A stretch of DNA of 25,855 nt from an uncultured Eubacteriales bacterium (GTDB lineage: Bacteria > Bacillota > Clostridia > Christensenellales > Aristaeellaceae): NCBI GenBank assembly GCA_963929805.1, contig CAWVLE010000174.1:1-25855 (forward strand), written 5' to 3'. Made by a program: the position numbers and the translations under genes. Position 1 is the first letter of the stretch; every line of letters starts with the position of its first letter. The notes under the pieces are model-generated. The model was not told where the DNA came from and made no database searches. It was given only the letters and a program-made list of their open reading frames with translations. Below, in pieces: positions 15,830 through 24,332 of this stretch.

Positions 15830-17002
15830 TTAGTCCCCTATATCGCTGTGGCCCTGTTCAAACTCCCATTGCAGGCCGTATTTATCGATAAAGTAAAAAT
15901 ACTTCACCTGGCTGAGTATGCGGGCCGTTTCCGCGTTGCGCTCGTCGCTGTGGCGCACGTCCTGGTCAAAGAAGCGCACCTGCGAGGGCTGGGTTTTGCT
16001 GATCTGGAAAACCCGGTATTGATCCGACTGGTTTATCAGCCGGGTATCGGGCATGGATTTTACATGCGCGAAAGCCTCCTCGATATTGGTCACCTTCAGC
16101 GCCACATGCCGCGCGCCGCTTACGTCGTTGGCGGCAAAGAACACCGGCTGTTTACGCCCTTCGGGGTAGTGGTACTGCATAAGCTCCAGCGTCAGTTTGG
16201 TCCCGGGCACGTTGACAAACGCGATGGACACGTCGCCCTTTTCGGCCTCGTCCAAAAACCCCGCGGCCCTGAAAAAGCCCGGATTTTTCCAGTGCGGCAA
16301 ATAGTGGTCGGGCACGACGCCCAGCAGCGTCCGGTAATAGTCTATCGCCGTTTTCATCTCGTCCACAAATATGCAGATATGGGAAAGCCCGGTAAACCTG
16401 GGCATGGCGGCCTGGGCGGGCTGCGCAAAGCGCTTTTTAACGGTCAGTTCCACCCCGCCGGGGTTTACCGAAACCACGATATCGTCCGCCATGGCGGTTA
16501 GAATGGATTTTTCCACGCCCTCCAGTTCCACTTCCCTTTCCGCCGCCGGGAGGCTGTTCTGATAGGCGACGAGCGACCATACCTGCGCCGTGCCAAGACC
16601 TGCGTCGTGGATAAAACCGGGCATCATGGGCGCGTAATAATCCGCGTCCTCCACGCGGGAAAGTATGCCCGCGATCAGCGCGCCGATGCGGTTTTTCAAT
16701 CCCCTGGGCGCGTTGGAGCCGGATTTGGAAAGCTCGGCAAACGCGCTTTTTGCGGCCGGTTCCACCGGCGCGGCCGCGCTAAGATGCAGCTGGCAGTCCC
16801 CGCCTTCCCATTCCATCCAGAATTTTCCCGTGCAGTTTTTCAAAATATCCATGGTCATGGATATCGTTTCCTCGGTCAACAGGCGCATCAGGTTGGTCTG
16901 TTCCCGGTTAAGCGACGCCTGCTGGGAGGCGCGCTCCACCTCGCCAAGCGCCTCCACGGCGCAGGACAGGCTGTTGGATAAGGTAACCACATTTGATTTC
17001 AC
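15830..17002 (-). CDS. Fusion: N-terminal RsbW-like/unknown domain plus C-terminal VOC (glyoxalase/methylmalonyl-CoA-epimerase-like) domain
   Basis: The VOC part has the four typical metal ligands (SHICI, LELMQY, RHVAL, WEFEQ). The N-part has RLLTEE...FWMEW...ELTVKK. GTG start at 17002 after GGAGGA. Confidence 0.7.
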   Translation of the reverse strand: MKSNVVTLSNSLSCAVEALGEVERASQQASLNREQTNLMRLLTEETISMTMDILKNCTGKFWMEWEGGDCQLHLSAAAPVEPAAKSAFAELSKSGSNAPRGLKNRIGALIAGILSRVEDADYYAPMMPGFIHDAGLGTAQVWSLVAYQNSLPAAEREVELEGVEKSILTAMADDIVVSVNPGGVELTVKKRFAQPAQAAMPRFTGLSHICIFVDEMKTAIDYYRTLLGVVPDHYLPHWKNPGFFRAAGFLDEAEKGDVSIAFVNVPGTKLTLELMQYHYPEGRKQPVFFAANDVSGARHVALKVTNIEEAFAHVKSMPDTRLINQSDQYRVFQISKTQPSQVRFFDQDVRHSDERNAETARILSQVKYFYFIDKYGLQWEFEQGHSDIGD

Positions 17003-17015
17003 GAAGTATGTCCTC

Positions 17016-17312
17016 CTAAGCGATGGTAAGAATATCGACAAAGCCCGTTACTTCAAAGACCTCCATGATGGTTTCATTTACATTGCAAACCTTCATTTTG
17101 CCCTGCTTGTTCATGGTCTTCTGGGCCGCAAGGATAACGCGCAGCCCCGCCGAGGAAAGGTATTCCAACTTTTCAAAGTCCAGCGTCAAATCGGTCACGC
17201 CCGGCAGCGAATTTTTAATTTCAGCCTCAAACTGGGGCGCGGTGGTGGTGTCCAGACGTCCTTCCAAGGCGATCGTCAAAGCGGATCCTTGCGTGGTTTT
17301 ATTAATGTTCAT
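17016..17312 (-). CDS. STAS-domain anti-sigma-factor antagonist (RsbV/SpoIIAA-like)
   Basis: 98 aa with LEGRLDTTTAP, LDFEKLEYLSSAGLRV (phosphoacceptor Ser region) and VFEVTGF. AGGAGGG RBS. Confidence 0.93.
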   Translation of the reverse strand: MNINKTTQGSALTIALEGRLDTTTAPQFEAEIKNSLPGVTDLTLDFEKLEYLSSAGLRVILAAQKTMNKQGKMKVCNVNETIMEVFEVTGFVDILTIA

Positions 17313-17382
17313 GCGATACCCTCCTACGAAAAATTATAAAATACAATTCGCTAAACAGCCCCCGCATACCTGCATGGCCGCG

Positions 17383-20300
17383 CTAAAAAACCACGTTTAC
17401 CGCGTTGACCCCGTCTAAGTAGGCGTGCGTGCAGCTTCTTGTGCGCGCGCAGGCCAGCCTCACGCTCAACTCGTCGCCCTGGGTAAGCGGGTCAAAGGGC
17501 GCGCCCTGCCAGCGGATTGTGGCCTCGCACTCGCTGCCGTCCTCGCGGCACGCCGCGTCGAAGCTCACCGTCCAGTCGCCGCTCTCGGGCAGCGCGGGCA
17601 GTATGACCGACACGCACAGTTCCTCAAATATCTGCTGATACTTAAGCGACTGGCCCGCGCTTAAAAGTTGCCTGCGGGCAAAGGCGTCGATCTGCGAAGC
17701 CGTGCCGATAAAGTCAAATTCCCTGGAACGGATGTCCACATGGAAGGTCTTCAGGCGGTGTACAAAGGCGCGGCAACGGTCGGTCCTGGGCGCTTCAAAC
17801 ACCTGGCCGGGCGTGCCCTCTTCATAGATGACGCCCTGATCCATGTAAAACACGCGCGAGGACACGTCGCGGGCAAACTTCATCTCGTGGGTGACGATGA
17901 GCATGGTCAACCCCTGCCCGGCCAGGCGGCGTATGACCGAAAGCACCTCGCCCACCATGGTGGGATCCAGCGCGGAGGTAGGCTCGTCAAAGAGCACGAT
18001 CTCCGGATCCATGGCCAGCGTGCGCGCGATGGCCACGCGCTGTTTCTGGCCGCCGGACAGTTCGTCGGGGTAATTCAGGGCCTTTTCGGCCAGGCCCACG
18101 CTCTGCAAAAGTTCCATGCCGCGCCGGTACGCATCCGGGCGGCCAACGCCCAGCAATTCCACCGGGGCCAGCATGATGTTTTCGATCACCGTCAGGTGGG
18201 GCAGCAGGTTAAACGACTGAAACACCATGCCCATCCGGCGGCGAATGGCGCAAAGTTCCTGCCCCTTCGCCCCGGTAATCTTCTGGCCCAGCACGCGTAT
18301 TTCGCCCTCGGTGGGCTCCTCCAGCCGGTTCAGGCAGCGCAGCAAAGTGCTCTTGCCGGTGCCGGAAGGCCCGATGATGGAGATCACCTCGCCCCGCTTT
18401 ATCCGGGCGTTTACGTCCTGCAGGGGCGTAATGTTGGGGTAAACCTTTTTAAGGCGCTCAATTTCTATAACCGTTTCGCCGCTTTGCGCATGCTCCGCCA
18501 TCCGGGGCTGCGCCGCGGCGGGGCTCTGGCCTTCAATTCCCTTGGGCTGCCTTGCGCGGCGCTTGGGGTCTATGCGCCTGTCCAGTATGCCAAGCAAAGC
18601 GGTAAGTCCCCAAGCCAACAAAAAGTAAATAATCGCCGTTGAGATCAGGGGAAAGAACGCCTCGAACGTGCGGCTGCGGATCAGGTCGGTGGCCCGGGTC
18701 AGATCCTCCACGGCGATGTAGCCCACCACCGAGGTCATCTTGACCATGGAGATCAGCTCGCCCTTGTACACCGGCAGGATATGGCGCGCGGCCTGGGGCG
18801 CGATCACCTTGACGAAGGCGCCCACGCGGCCAAAGCCCAAAGCGGCGCCCGCTTCCCACTGGCCGCGGTCCACCGCGTCGATTCCGGTGCGGATCATTTC
18901 GGACACGTATACCCCGAAGTTGATGGAGAAGGCGACGATGGCCACCACGATTCCGCTAAGCAGCGTGCTGGCAAACACCACGTAGAACAGCACCATCAGC
19001 AGCACCAGCAGCGGCACGCCCTGAATCAACCGGATAAAGACCGCGGCAACGCCCGCGACCACGCGGTTGCGGCTGCGGCGCACCATGCACAGCCCAAAGC
19101 CCAGCACGCTGCCCGCGAGCGCGGAGCATATGGATATGACGATGGTAACCCACAGCCCGGACAGCACCATCTGCCACCGGTTTTCCTGGATAAAGGTTTT
19201 GTTGAAGCTTTCAACCAGCCCGGCAAAAAAGCCGGTTTCCTCCGCCTGCACCGTCATGCCCAGGTCTTCCGCGCGGGTGACGAGCACCACGCCGCCGGTA
19301 TAGTGGGCGGCGGCAAAGTCGATGCTTTCCGCGCGCTCGGGCGTAATGCTGATGGAGCCGGATATTATGTCCGTGCGGCCGCTGATGAGCATGGGCAGCA
19401 GCGCGTTAAAATTGGCCTGCGTAATTTCCAGTTCCATGCCCAGCTCTTTGGCGATCATCGTCACCAGTTCTACCTCGTAGCCCATGGACTGGCCGCCTTC
19501 TCCGCAATAGCTCATCGGCTCCAGCGAGGGGTCGTGCGTATAGCGCAGCGTGCCGTTGGGCGCGTCGTATTCGCCGGCGTCAATGGTCTTTACGCTTTCA
19601 TCCGCGCCCATCCACTTTTCTTCCAGGGCGGCCAGCGTGCCGTCGGATTGATATTTTTTGATGATGGCGCTTACCTGGCCGGTAAGCGGGCTGCCCTTGG
19701 CAAGCCCCAGCCCATAGCTGTCCGCGGCGACCACTTCGGAAAAGATGGCCAGGTTGCTCTGCCGCGCGACGGCCAGGCGGGCCAGCGGCATGTCGGTTAT
19801 CGCCGCGTCCACCAGCCCGTTTTGCAGCGCCAGCAGCTGGGCGGACATGTCGTCGTAGTACTGAAAGTCTATGCCGCTGACCACGCCGCTTAGAATTTGA
19901 TCGTGACTCGATCCGGTTATGGCGCCCACTTTTGTGCCCGCAAAATCGCTGAGCGTTTTAAAACGCGCCGCGGCGGAAGCGGTGTTTTTCACCACCGCCA
20001 CAATGCCGCCGTAATAATCCGGATCCGAAAAATATATGCGTTCGGCGCGCTCCTCGGTCACGGTAAAGCCGGCGGCCCCCATGTCGTATTTGCCCGCCTC
20101 CACGCCGGCGATAAAGGAGGCGACTTCCACATTATGGATTTGCAGCCCATAGCCGTAGGCCTGACAAAACCGGATCGCGATATCCACGTCGTAGCCCACG
20201 GTCTGGTTATCCTTTATATAAGCAAAGGGCGCGCTGCCGACCTTGGCCGCAAAATTCACCGTGCCGTTTACGTCGTCCAGCGCCGTCCAATCCGCCACTA

Positions 20301-20778
20301 CCTTAAGGCTTTCGTCGTCGCCAAACCAGATACGCTCAATTTCTTCCAGCGTGCCGTCGGATTCGATCCGGGAAAGAAATTCGTTCATCTGGTCGCGCAG
20401 CAGCGCGCCTTTTTCATTTTTGGGAAATGCGAACGCATAGCCGTCCTGGGTCAGGTATTCCGGAAGATAGGTAACCGCGCTGTTTTCCACGCACAGCACG
20501 CGAGCCATGGGTTCGTCCATTAAAAAGGCGTCTATCCGCCCCTGCTCCACGGCAAGCGCCATGTCCGCGTAGGCGCTATAGTATTCCTTTTTTGCGTTTG
20601 GAAAAAACTCGTCCGTATACTGGTCAAAGGTGGAGCCGGCCATTACCCCGATGCGCCGGCCGTCCAGTTGATTAAGGGCGGTAATGGCGGCGCTTTCCGC
20701 GCAGCCGGCCGCCGCCAGCGCCAGCATTGCCAAAACGCATAAAATCGCGACTCGCCTGATTGCTTTAAGGTAGCGCAT
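17383..20778 (-). CDS. Single-chain polar amino-acid ABC transporter: lipoprotein signal, tandem family-3 binding domains, HisM-type permease, GlnQ-type ATPase, C-terminal RsbW-like tail
   Basis: Lipobox LAAAGC. Two sets of SBP3 motifs (IGV..GS, VDA...D, IT.ER). Permease IQGVPLL and EAGAALG. Walker [32 protein letters not shown]. Tail EELC...GAPFDP...YLDGVN. Confidence 0.9.
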   Translation of the reverse strand: MRYLKAIRRVAILCVLAMLALAAAGCAESAAITALNQLDGRRIGVMAGSTFDQYTDEFFPNAKKEYYSAYADMALAVEQGRIDAFLMDEPMARVLCVENSAVTYLPEYLTQDGYAFAFPKNEKGALLRDQMNEFLSRIESDGTLEEIERIWFGDDESLKVVADWTALDDVNGTVNFAAKVGSAPFAYIKDNQTVGYDVDIAIRFCQAYGYGLQIHNVEVASFIAGVEAGKYDMGAAGFTVTEERAERIYFSDPDYYGGIVAVVKNTASAAARFKTLSDFAGTKVGAITGSSHDQILSGVVSGIDFQYYDDMSAQLLALQNGLVDAAITDMPLARLAVARQSNLAIFSEVVAADSYGLGLAKGSPLTGQVSAIIKKYQSDGTLAALEEKWMGADESVKTIDAGEYDAPNGTLRYTHDPSLEPMSYCGEGGQSMGYEVELVTMIAKELGMELEITQANFNALLPMLISGRTDIISGSISITPERAESIDFAAAHYTGGVVLVTRAEDLGMTVQAEETGFFAGLVESFNKTFIQENRWQMVLSGLWVTIVISICSALAGSVLGFGLCMVRRSRNRVVAGVAAVFIRLIQGVPLLVLLMVLFYVVFASTLLSGIVVAIVAFSINFGVYVSEMIRTGIDAVDRGQWEAGAALGFGRVGAFVKVIAPQAARHILPVYKGELISMVKMTSVVGYIAVEDLTRATDLIRSRTFEAFFPLISTAIIYFLLAWGLTALLGILDRRIDPKRRARQPKGIEGQSPAAAQPRMAEHAQSGETVIEIERLKKVYPNITPLQDVNARIKRGEVISIIGPSGTGKSTLLRCLNRLEEPTEGEIRVLGQKITGAKGQELCAIRRRMGMVFQSFNLLPHLTVIENIMLAPVELLGVGRPDAYRRGMELLQSVGLAEKALNYPDELSGGQKQRVAIARTLAMDPEIVLFDEPTSALDPTMVGEVLSVIRRLAGQGLTMLIVTHEMKFARDVSSRVFYMDQGVIYEEGTPGQVFEAPRTDRCRAFVHRLKTFHVDIRSREFDFIGTASQIDAFARRQLLSAGQSLKYQQIFEELCVSVILPALPESGDWTVSFDAACREDGSECEATIRWQGAPFDPLTQGDELSVRLACARTRSCTHAYLDGVNAVNVVF

Positions 20779-20787
20779 ATCTTGCGT

Positions 20788-22404
20788 TCACTCCCTGCAC
20801 AAAACTTCCCGATCCAACATGCCCAATTTGTTCGCCGCAAGCGTCAATTCCGATTGCAGGCAGGATATACCGCACGCGGTCATAAAAAAATCCAGGATTA
20901 CGTTGCCCGCGACGGCTACCCCAACGGCCTGCGCGGGAATGCCCAGCTGGGTCAGCAGCACGGTATAGCAGGTCAGGCTTCCACCCGGAATGGGCGGGGC
21001 CGCGATGGCCAGCAATCCGGAAGCCAGCACCCCGGTAACGACCCAGGTTGGGGAGACGGCCACGCCGTAAAACTCCGCCAGCCCCAGGGCCAGCATGAAA
21101 AAGCCTATCGCGGCGCCGGTTTTGAATATCACCTGGCCCAGCGGCACGGCAAAATTCGCCACGCGCCCGCTGACGCCCAGCTGCCGCTGGCAAACCTCCA
21201 GATTGGTTGACAGCACGGCGGCGGAAGACGCGGTGGACAGCGCGATCAGATAAGTTGGCAGCAGTTTGCGCAGCAGCACGGGAAAGGAAACCCCAAGCCG
21301 CAAAGCCGCCGCCAGCGCGTATATTAGCGGCCAGAATATTAACGCGGCTATGGCCAGCGATATTCCCTTGACGATCCCGTATAGATTGCCCGCCGCGCCG
21401 GAAAGCGCCAGCGAAAGCAGGCTCACGAAAACCAGAACCGGGACGTACCGGCTTACCGTCTCCATTATAAACTGAATGAGCGCGTTTGCCTGACCCACCA
21501 GGCGGCGTATGGCCTGCGTCTTATCGCCCAGCACCAGTATCGCCAGCCCCATGCAAACCGCCATAAAAATAATTTTCAGCGAATTTCCGTCCAAAAAGGG
21601 AGAGATCAGGTTTTCCGGAATCACGTCAAGGATCATACCGTAAATCTGAGCCGCGGCGTTCGTCCCCATCTGCGCCGCCTCGCCCGCCGGGTGAAACAAC
21701 CATATCATGCCCAGCGCCGTCAAGCCGGTCACGGCAAAAATGGCGATCAGAAAACGGGCAAGCACCGTGCGCGCGATCTTTCCCAGCGCCTGTACATCCC
21801 CGATGCTGACCACGCCCCAGCACACGCCCAAAAAGATCATGGGCCCGGCCAGGCACTGTAAAACGCCCATCATGGCGTCAAAAAGCGGGTCGGTCAACCC
21901 GGCGGCCACCGTGCGCGCCGGCTGAGGAAGTAGCGTAAAAAGCAGTCCGCACAGCCCCGCGGCCCCAATAGAGGCCAATAGCTTAACAACCGAGTTTAGC
22001 CGCTGGGGCTTGGGCGGGTACAGCGCCAGGCAATTATTCCCATCCTGATAGCTGTACACCGGGCAAAGCCCCGCCTGGGCCAGCAGATTGGAATAGAGCG
22101 GCGCGTCCGATTGACCTTCGTCCATCTCGGCCGGATCCATTCGCTCGCCCGGCGCCAGTATTTCCACATACATTCTTCCAAACCGAGTGCCGGAGCGAAA
22201 CAGGCATTCGCTTTCAACCGCCATGTGGGATTGCCATAGCGCCAGCACATCCTCGATAGCCAACCGAAGCCTTAGCCTGTCTTTGCGGTCCACGCCCGCC
22301 TGTTCAAGCGCACCGGTCAGCAATTCGGAAATCCGATCGATCCCGGCCGCGTCCAGCAAAACTTTCTCCCGGTACTTTTTTAGCGTTTTATCTTTTGCCG
22401 CCAT
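20788..22404 (-). CDS. Dicarboxylate/amino acid:cation symporter (DAACS/SDF) with ~130 aa N-terminal extra domain
   Basis: HP1 STASSAA, HP2-region APPIPGG, TM8-region DFFMTAC. Soluble N-terminal extension with RLRLAIED...GERMDP...YSYQDGNN. Confidence 0.85.
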   Translation of the reverse strand: MAAKDKTLKKYREKVLLDAAGIDRISELLTGALEQAGVDRKDRLRLRLAIEDVLALWQSHMAVESECLFRSGTRFGRMYVEILAPGERMDPAEMDEGQSDAPLYSNLLAQAGLCPVYSYQDGNNCLALYPPKPQRLNSVVKLLASIGAAGLCGLLFTLLPQPARTVAAGLTDPLFDAMMGVLQCLAGPMIFLGVCWGVVSIGDVQALGKIARTVLARFLIAIFAVTGLTALGMIWLFHPAGEAAQMGTNAAAQIYGMILDVIPENLISPFLDGNSLKIIFMAVCMGLAILVLGDKTQAIRRLVGQANALIQFIMETVSRYVPVLVFVSLLSLALSGAAGNLYGIVKGISLAIAALIFWPLIYALAAALRLGVSFPVLLRKLLPTYLIALSTASSAAVLSTNLEVCQRQLGVSGRVANFAVPLGQVIFKTGAAIGFFMLALGLAEFYGVAVSPTWVVTGVLASGLLAIAAPPIPGGSLTCYTVLLTQLGIPAQAVGVAVAGNVILDFFMTACGISCLQSELTLAANKLGMLDREVLCRE

Positions 22405-22420
22405 AATTTGTGCTTCTTTC

Positions 22421-22618
22421 TCATTTCAAAATGCCGCGGTCGCGCGCCAACGCCTCGACGCTGCGGTCATAGGTCGCCTCGGCTTCCTTTGAAAAGAAGC
22501 AGCCCGGCACCCCTTCGTTATGGTCCCGATGGTGCGCCACGCAGGCGCAGCATTTGCCATGCCGCGGGCAATCGTACGTGCAAGGACAATCCCGCTTGTT
22601 GTCGCATTGTTGCTGCAT
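22421..22618 (-). CDS. Small Cys/His-rich protein (DUF6485-like)
   Basis: CPCTYDCPRHGKCCACVAHH...PGCFF...YDRS pattern, in operon context with a GAGGTG RBS. Confidence 0.7.
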   Translation of the reverse strand: MQQQCDNKRDCPCTYDCPRHGKCCACVAHHRDHNEGVPGCFFSKEAEATYDRSVEALARDRGILK

Positions 22619-22639
22619 GTTTATGCACCTCTTATGTAT

Positions 22640-23356
22640 TTAATTATTTTCTTCTAGCCACCCGACAAACTCCTGGGTGGAATATGTAAAGGCGGCTTGC
22701 GTATTTGCCGCGTCCATCACCAGAAATTCGGTTAGCCCGTAATCCGAATCCCCGCCGCCCCAGTCGTAAGTATAGCCCAGCCGGGTCCAGGGGTACTCGC
22801 TTTCAAAATACGAATAAATTATGTTCGCGTCAAACCAGGCCTTATATTCCGCGTCGTCCACCAGCGCGTAATCGTTTTCCATCTGAGCCGTCACGCCGGT
22901 AACGTAAGCGGGCCGGATCACGTCCTGCGGGCAGACCCAAAAGGCGGTAAAATGGGTGTAGCCACAGTCCTCGGGCAAGCCCAGCAATTGCGCAAAGCGC
23001 AGATCCCAATCCTCGACGCCGGAGGCGTTTTCGCCGTACCAGTTTTCCATTTCGCCCAGCGACGTGGCCCATATCTCATCCTTTTTCAGGGCGTCGCCCG
23101 GCTTAACATCCTGCTCGCCGTCGTGCCAGGTAATAAGCAGCGCCCGCTCGCCGGATTCGTCCCAAATCACCTGCGGATCGTCCTGCGTCAGGCATACCAG
23201 TTCCATTACCTCGTCCTGATGGCTGAGCGCGGCGTCCTCCACCGCCGCCGTCCACATCTGCTCAAGCTCCGCTTCCTGCGCGCAGGCGCAGCCAAGCGTC
23301 AGACACATACACAGCGCGGCGCACAGGCCAACCGTCAATCGTTTTTTACCAGTCAT
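22640..23356 (-). CDS. Exported/lipoprotein-like conserved hypothetical protein
   Basis: Signal peptide (MTGKKRLTVGLCAALCMCLTLGC). Conserved-looking motifs QLLGLP, RPAY and YPWTRLGYTYDW...YGLTEF. First gene of the minus-strand cluster. Confidence 0.7.
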   Translation of the reverse strand: MTGKKRLTVGLCAALCMCLTLGCACAQEAELEQMWTAAVEDAALSHQDEVMELVCLTQDDPQVIWDESGERALLITWHDGEQDVKPGDALKKDEIWATSLGEMENWYGENASGVEDWDLRFAQLLGLPEDCGYTHFTAFWVCPQDVIRPAYVTGVTAQMENDYALVDDAEYKAWFDANIIYSYFESEYPWTRLGYTYDWGGGDSDYGLTEFLVMDAANTQAAFTYSTQEFVGWLEENN

Positions 23357-23460
23357 TTCATCAACGCCCCTTTTACCCAAGTTACGCCTTGCCGTGCCCG
23401 GCGCGTTGCATTTGGCTAACCGATACGGATAATTTACAGCGCCCGGTCCAAATTATATAC

Positions 23461-23489
23461 TTGACGCTCAAAACATGGCATGCTATTTT
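23461..23489 (+). promoter_or_regulatory. Probable sigma-A promoter of the LytTR/kinase pair
   Basis: TTGACG-17 nt-TATTTT with extended TGn. Confidence 0.55.
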
Positions 23490-23520
23490 ATTTTATATAA
23501 TTGGCGGTGCTTTGGGCCCT

Positions 23521-23557
23521 TATGCGCAAAATTTGTGCGTTTTTGCGCATAATTTGT
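23521..23557. promoter_or_regulatory. Candidate regulator-binding site (21-bp-period direct repeat overlapping an 11-bp inverted repeat)
   Basis: TGCGCAAAATTTGT (23523) and TGCGCATAATTTGT (23544). TATGCGCAAAA/TTTTGCGCATA at 23521-23531 and 23541-23551. Confidence 0.5.
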
Positions 23558-23588
23558 ATGCGCGTCATAAAAGGGAGACAGATATGAC

Positions 23589-24332
23589 ATGTTAAAAATT
23601 GCGCTCTGCGACGACGATCTGCGTCATTTGGATAAAATTAACGAATTGTTGCGCGCTTATCTTCAAGCGCGCCCCTCGTTGTCGGGAAAGGTATTTCAAT
23701 TTGAAAGCGGCGCGTCCATGCTCAATTACATAAATGACAACGAGTGTTTCGATCTGTATATTCTGGATATCCTCATGCCGGAGATAGACGGCATACAGAC
23801 CGGGCGCCGGCTGCGCGATTTGGGATGTGGAGGCGAGATCATCTTTTTGACCACCTCCAACGAATTTGCCTCCGACAGCTATGAGGTGCGCGCCTTTTTC
23901 TATCTGTTGAAACCGGTGGATAAAGCCCGGCTTTTTTCCGTGCTGGATCAGGCGATTGAAAAGCTAAACCAGCGCCGGACCGAAGCGATTATGATCAGCA
24001 CGCCGGACGGGCCCCGGCGCATACTGCTGGAGAACATCCGGTATGTAGAGCGCGCGAACCGCGTCATGCGTTACCACTGCACCGACGGGATCGTGGATTC
24101 CAGCACCATTCGCATACCGTTTGGAAAAATGGCCGCCCCCCTTTTGGCGGATTCGCGCTTTTACCTGGGTGGGGCCAGCTTTGTGCTCAACTTTCAGCAT
24201 GTTGCCGGCGTAGACGGACAGACCGTGCTGCTCGACAGCGGCGAAGCCGTGACGCTCCCGCGGACGGTGGCCGGGCCCTTTAAGCAGGCCTGGGGCAAGT
24301 ATTGGCTGGAGGAAAGTACGTATGGCGTTTGA
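23589..24332 (+). CDS. LytTR-family response regulator (AgrA-like)
   Basis: Receiver CDDD, ILDILMP (phospho-Asp), IIFLT, YLLKP. C-terminal LytTR domain IRYVE...ASFVLNFQHV. AGGGAG RBS. Confidence 0.92.
   Translation: MLKIALCDDDLRHLDKINELLRAYLQARPSLSGKVFQFESGASMLNYINDNECFDLYILDILMPEIDGIQTGRRLRDLGCGGEIIFLTTSNEFASDSYEVRAFFYLLKPVDKARLFSVLDQAIEKLNQRRTEAIMISTPDGPRRILLENIRYVERANRVMRYHCTDGIVDSSTIRIPFGKMAAPLLADSRFYLGGASFVLNFQHVAGVDGQTVLLDSGEAVTLPRTVAGPFKQAWGKYWLEESTYGV

Noticed and set aside
17313-17382. Possible internal promoter for the STAS gene (TATAAT at 17333-17338, minus strand)
   Set aside because: No -35 or extended -10 at proper spacing; needs TSS data.
17668-19893. 324-aa and 370-aa plus-strand ORFs
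   Set aside because: Antisense to the ABC fusion gene; no independent evidence.
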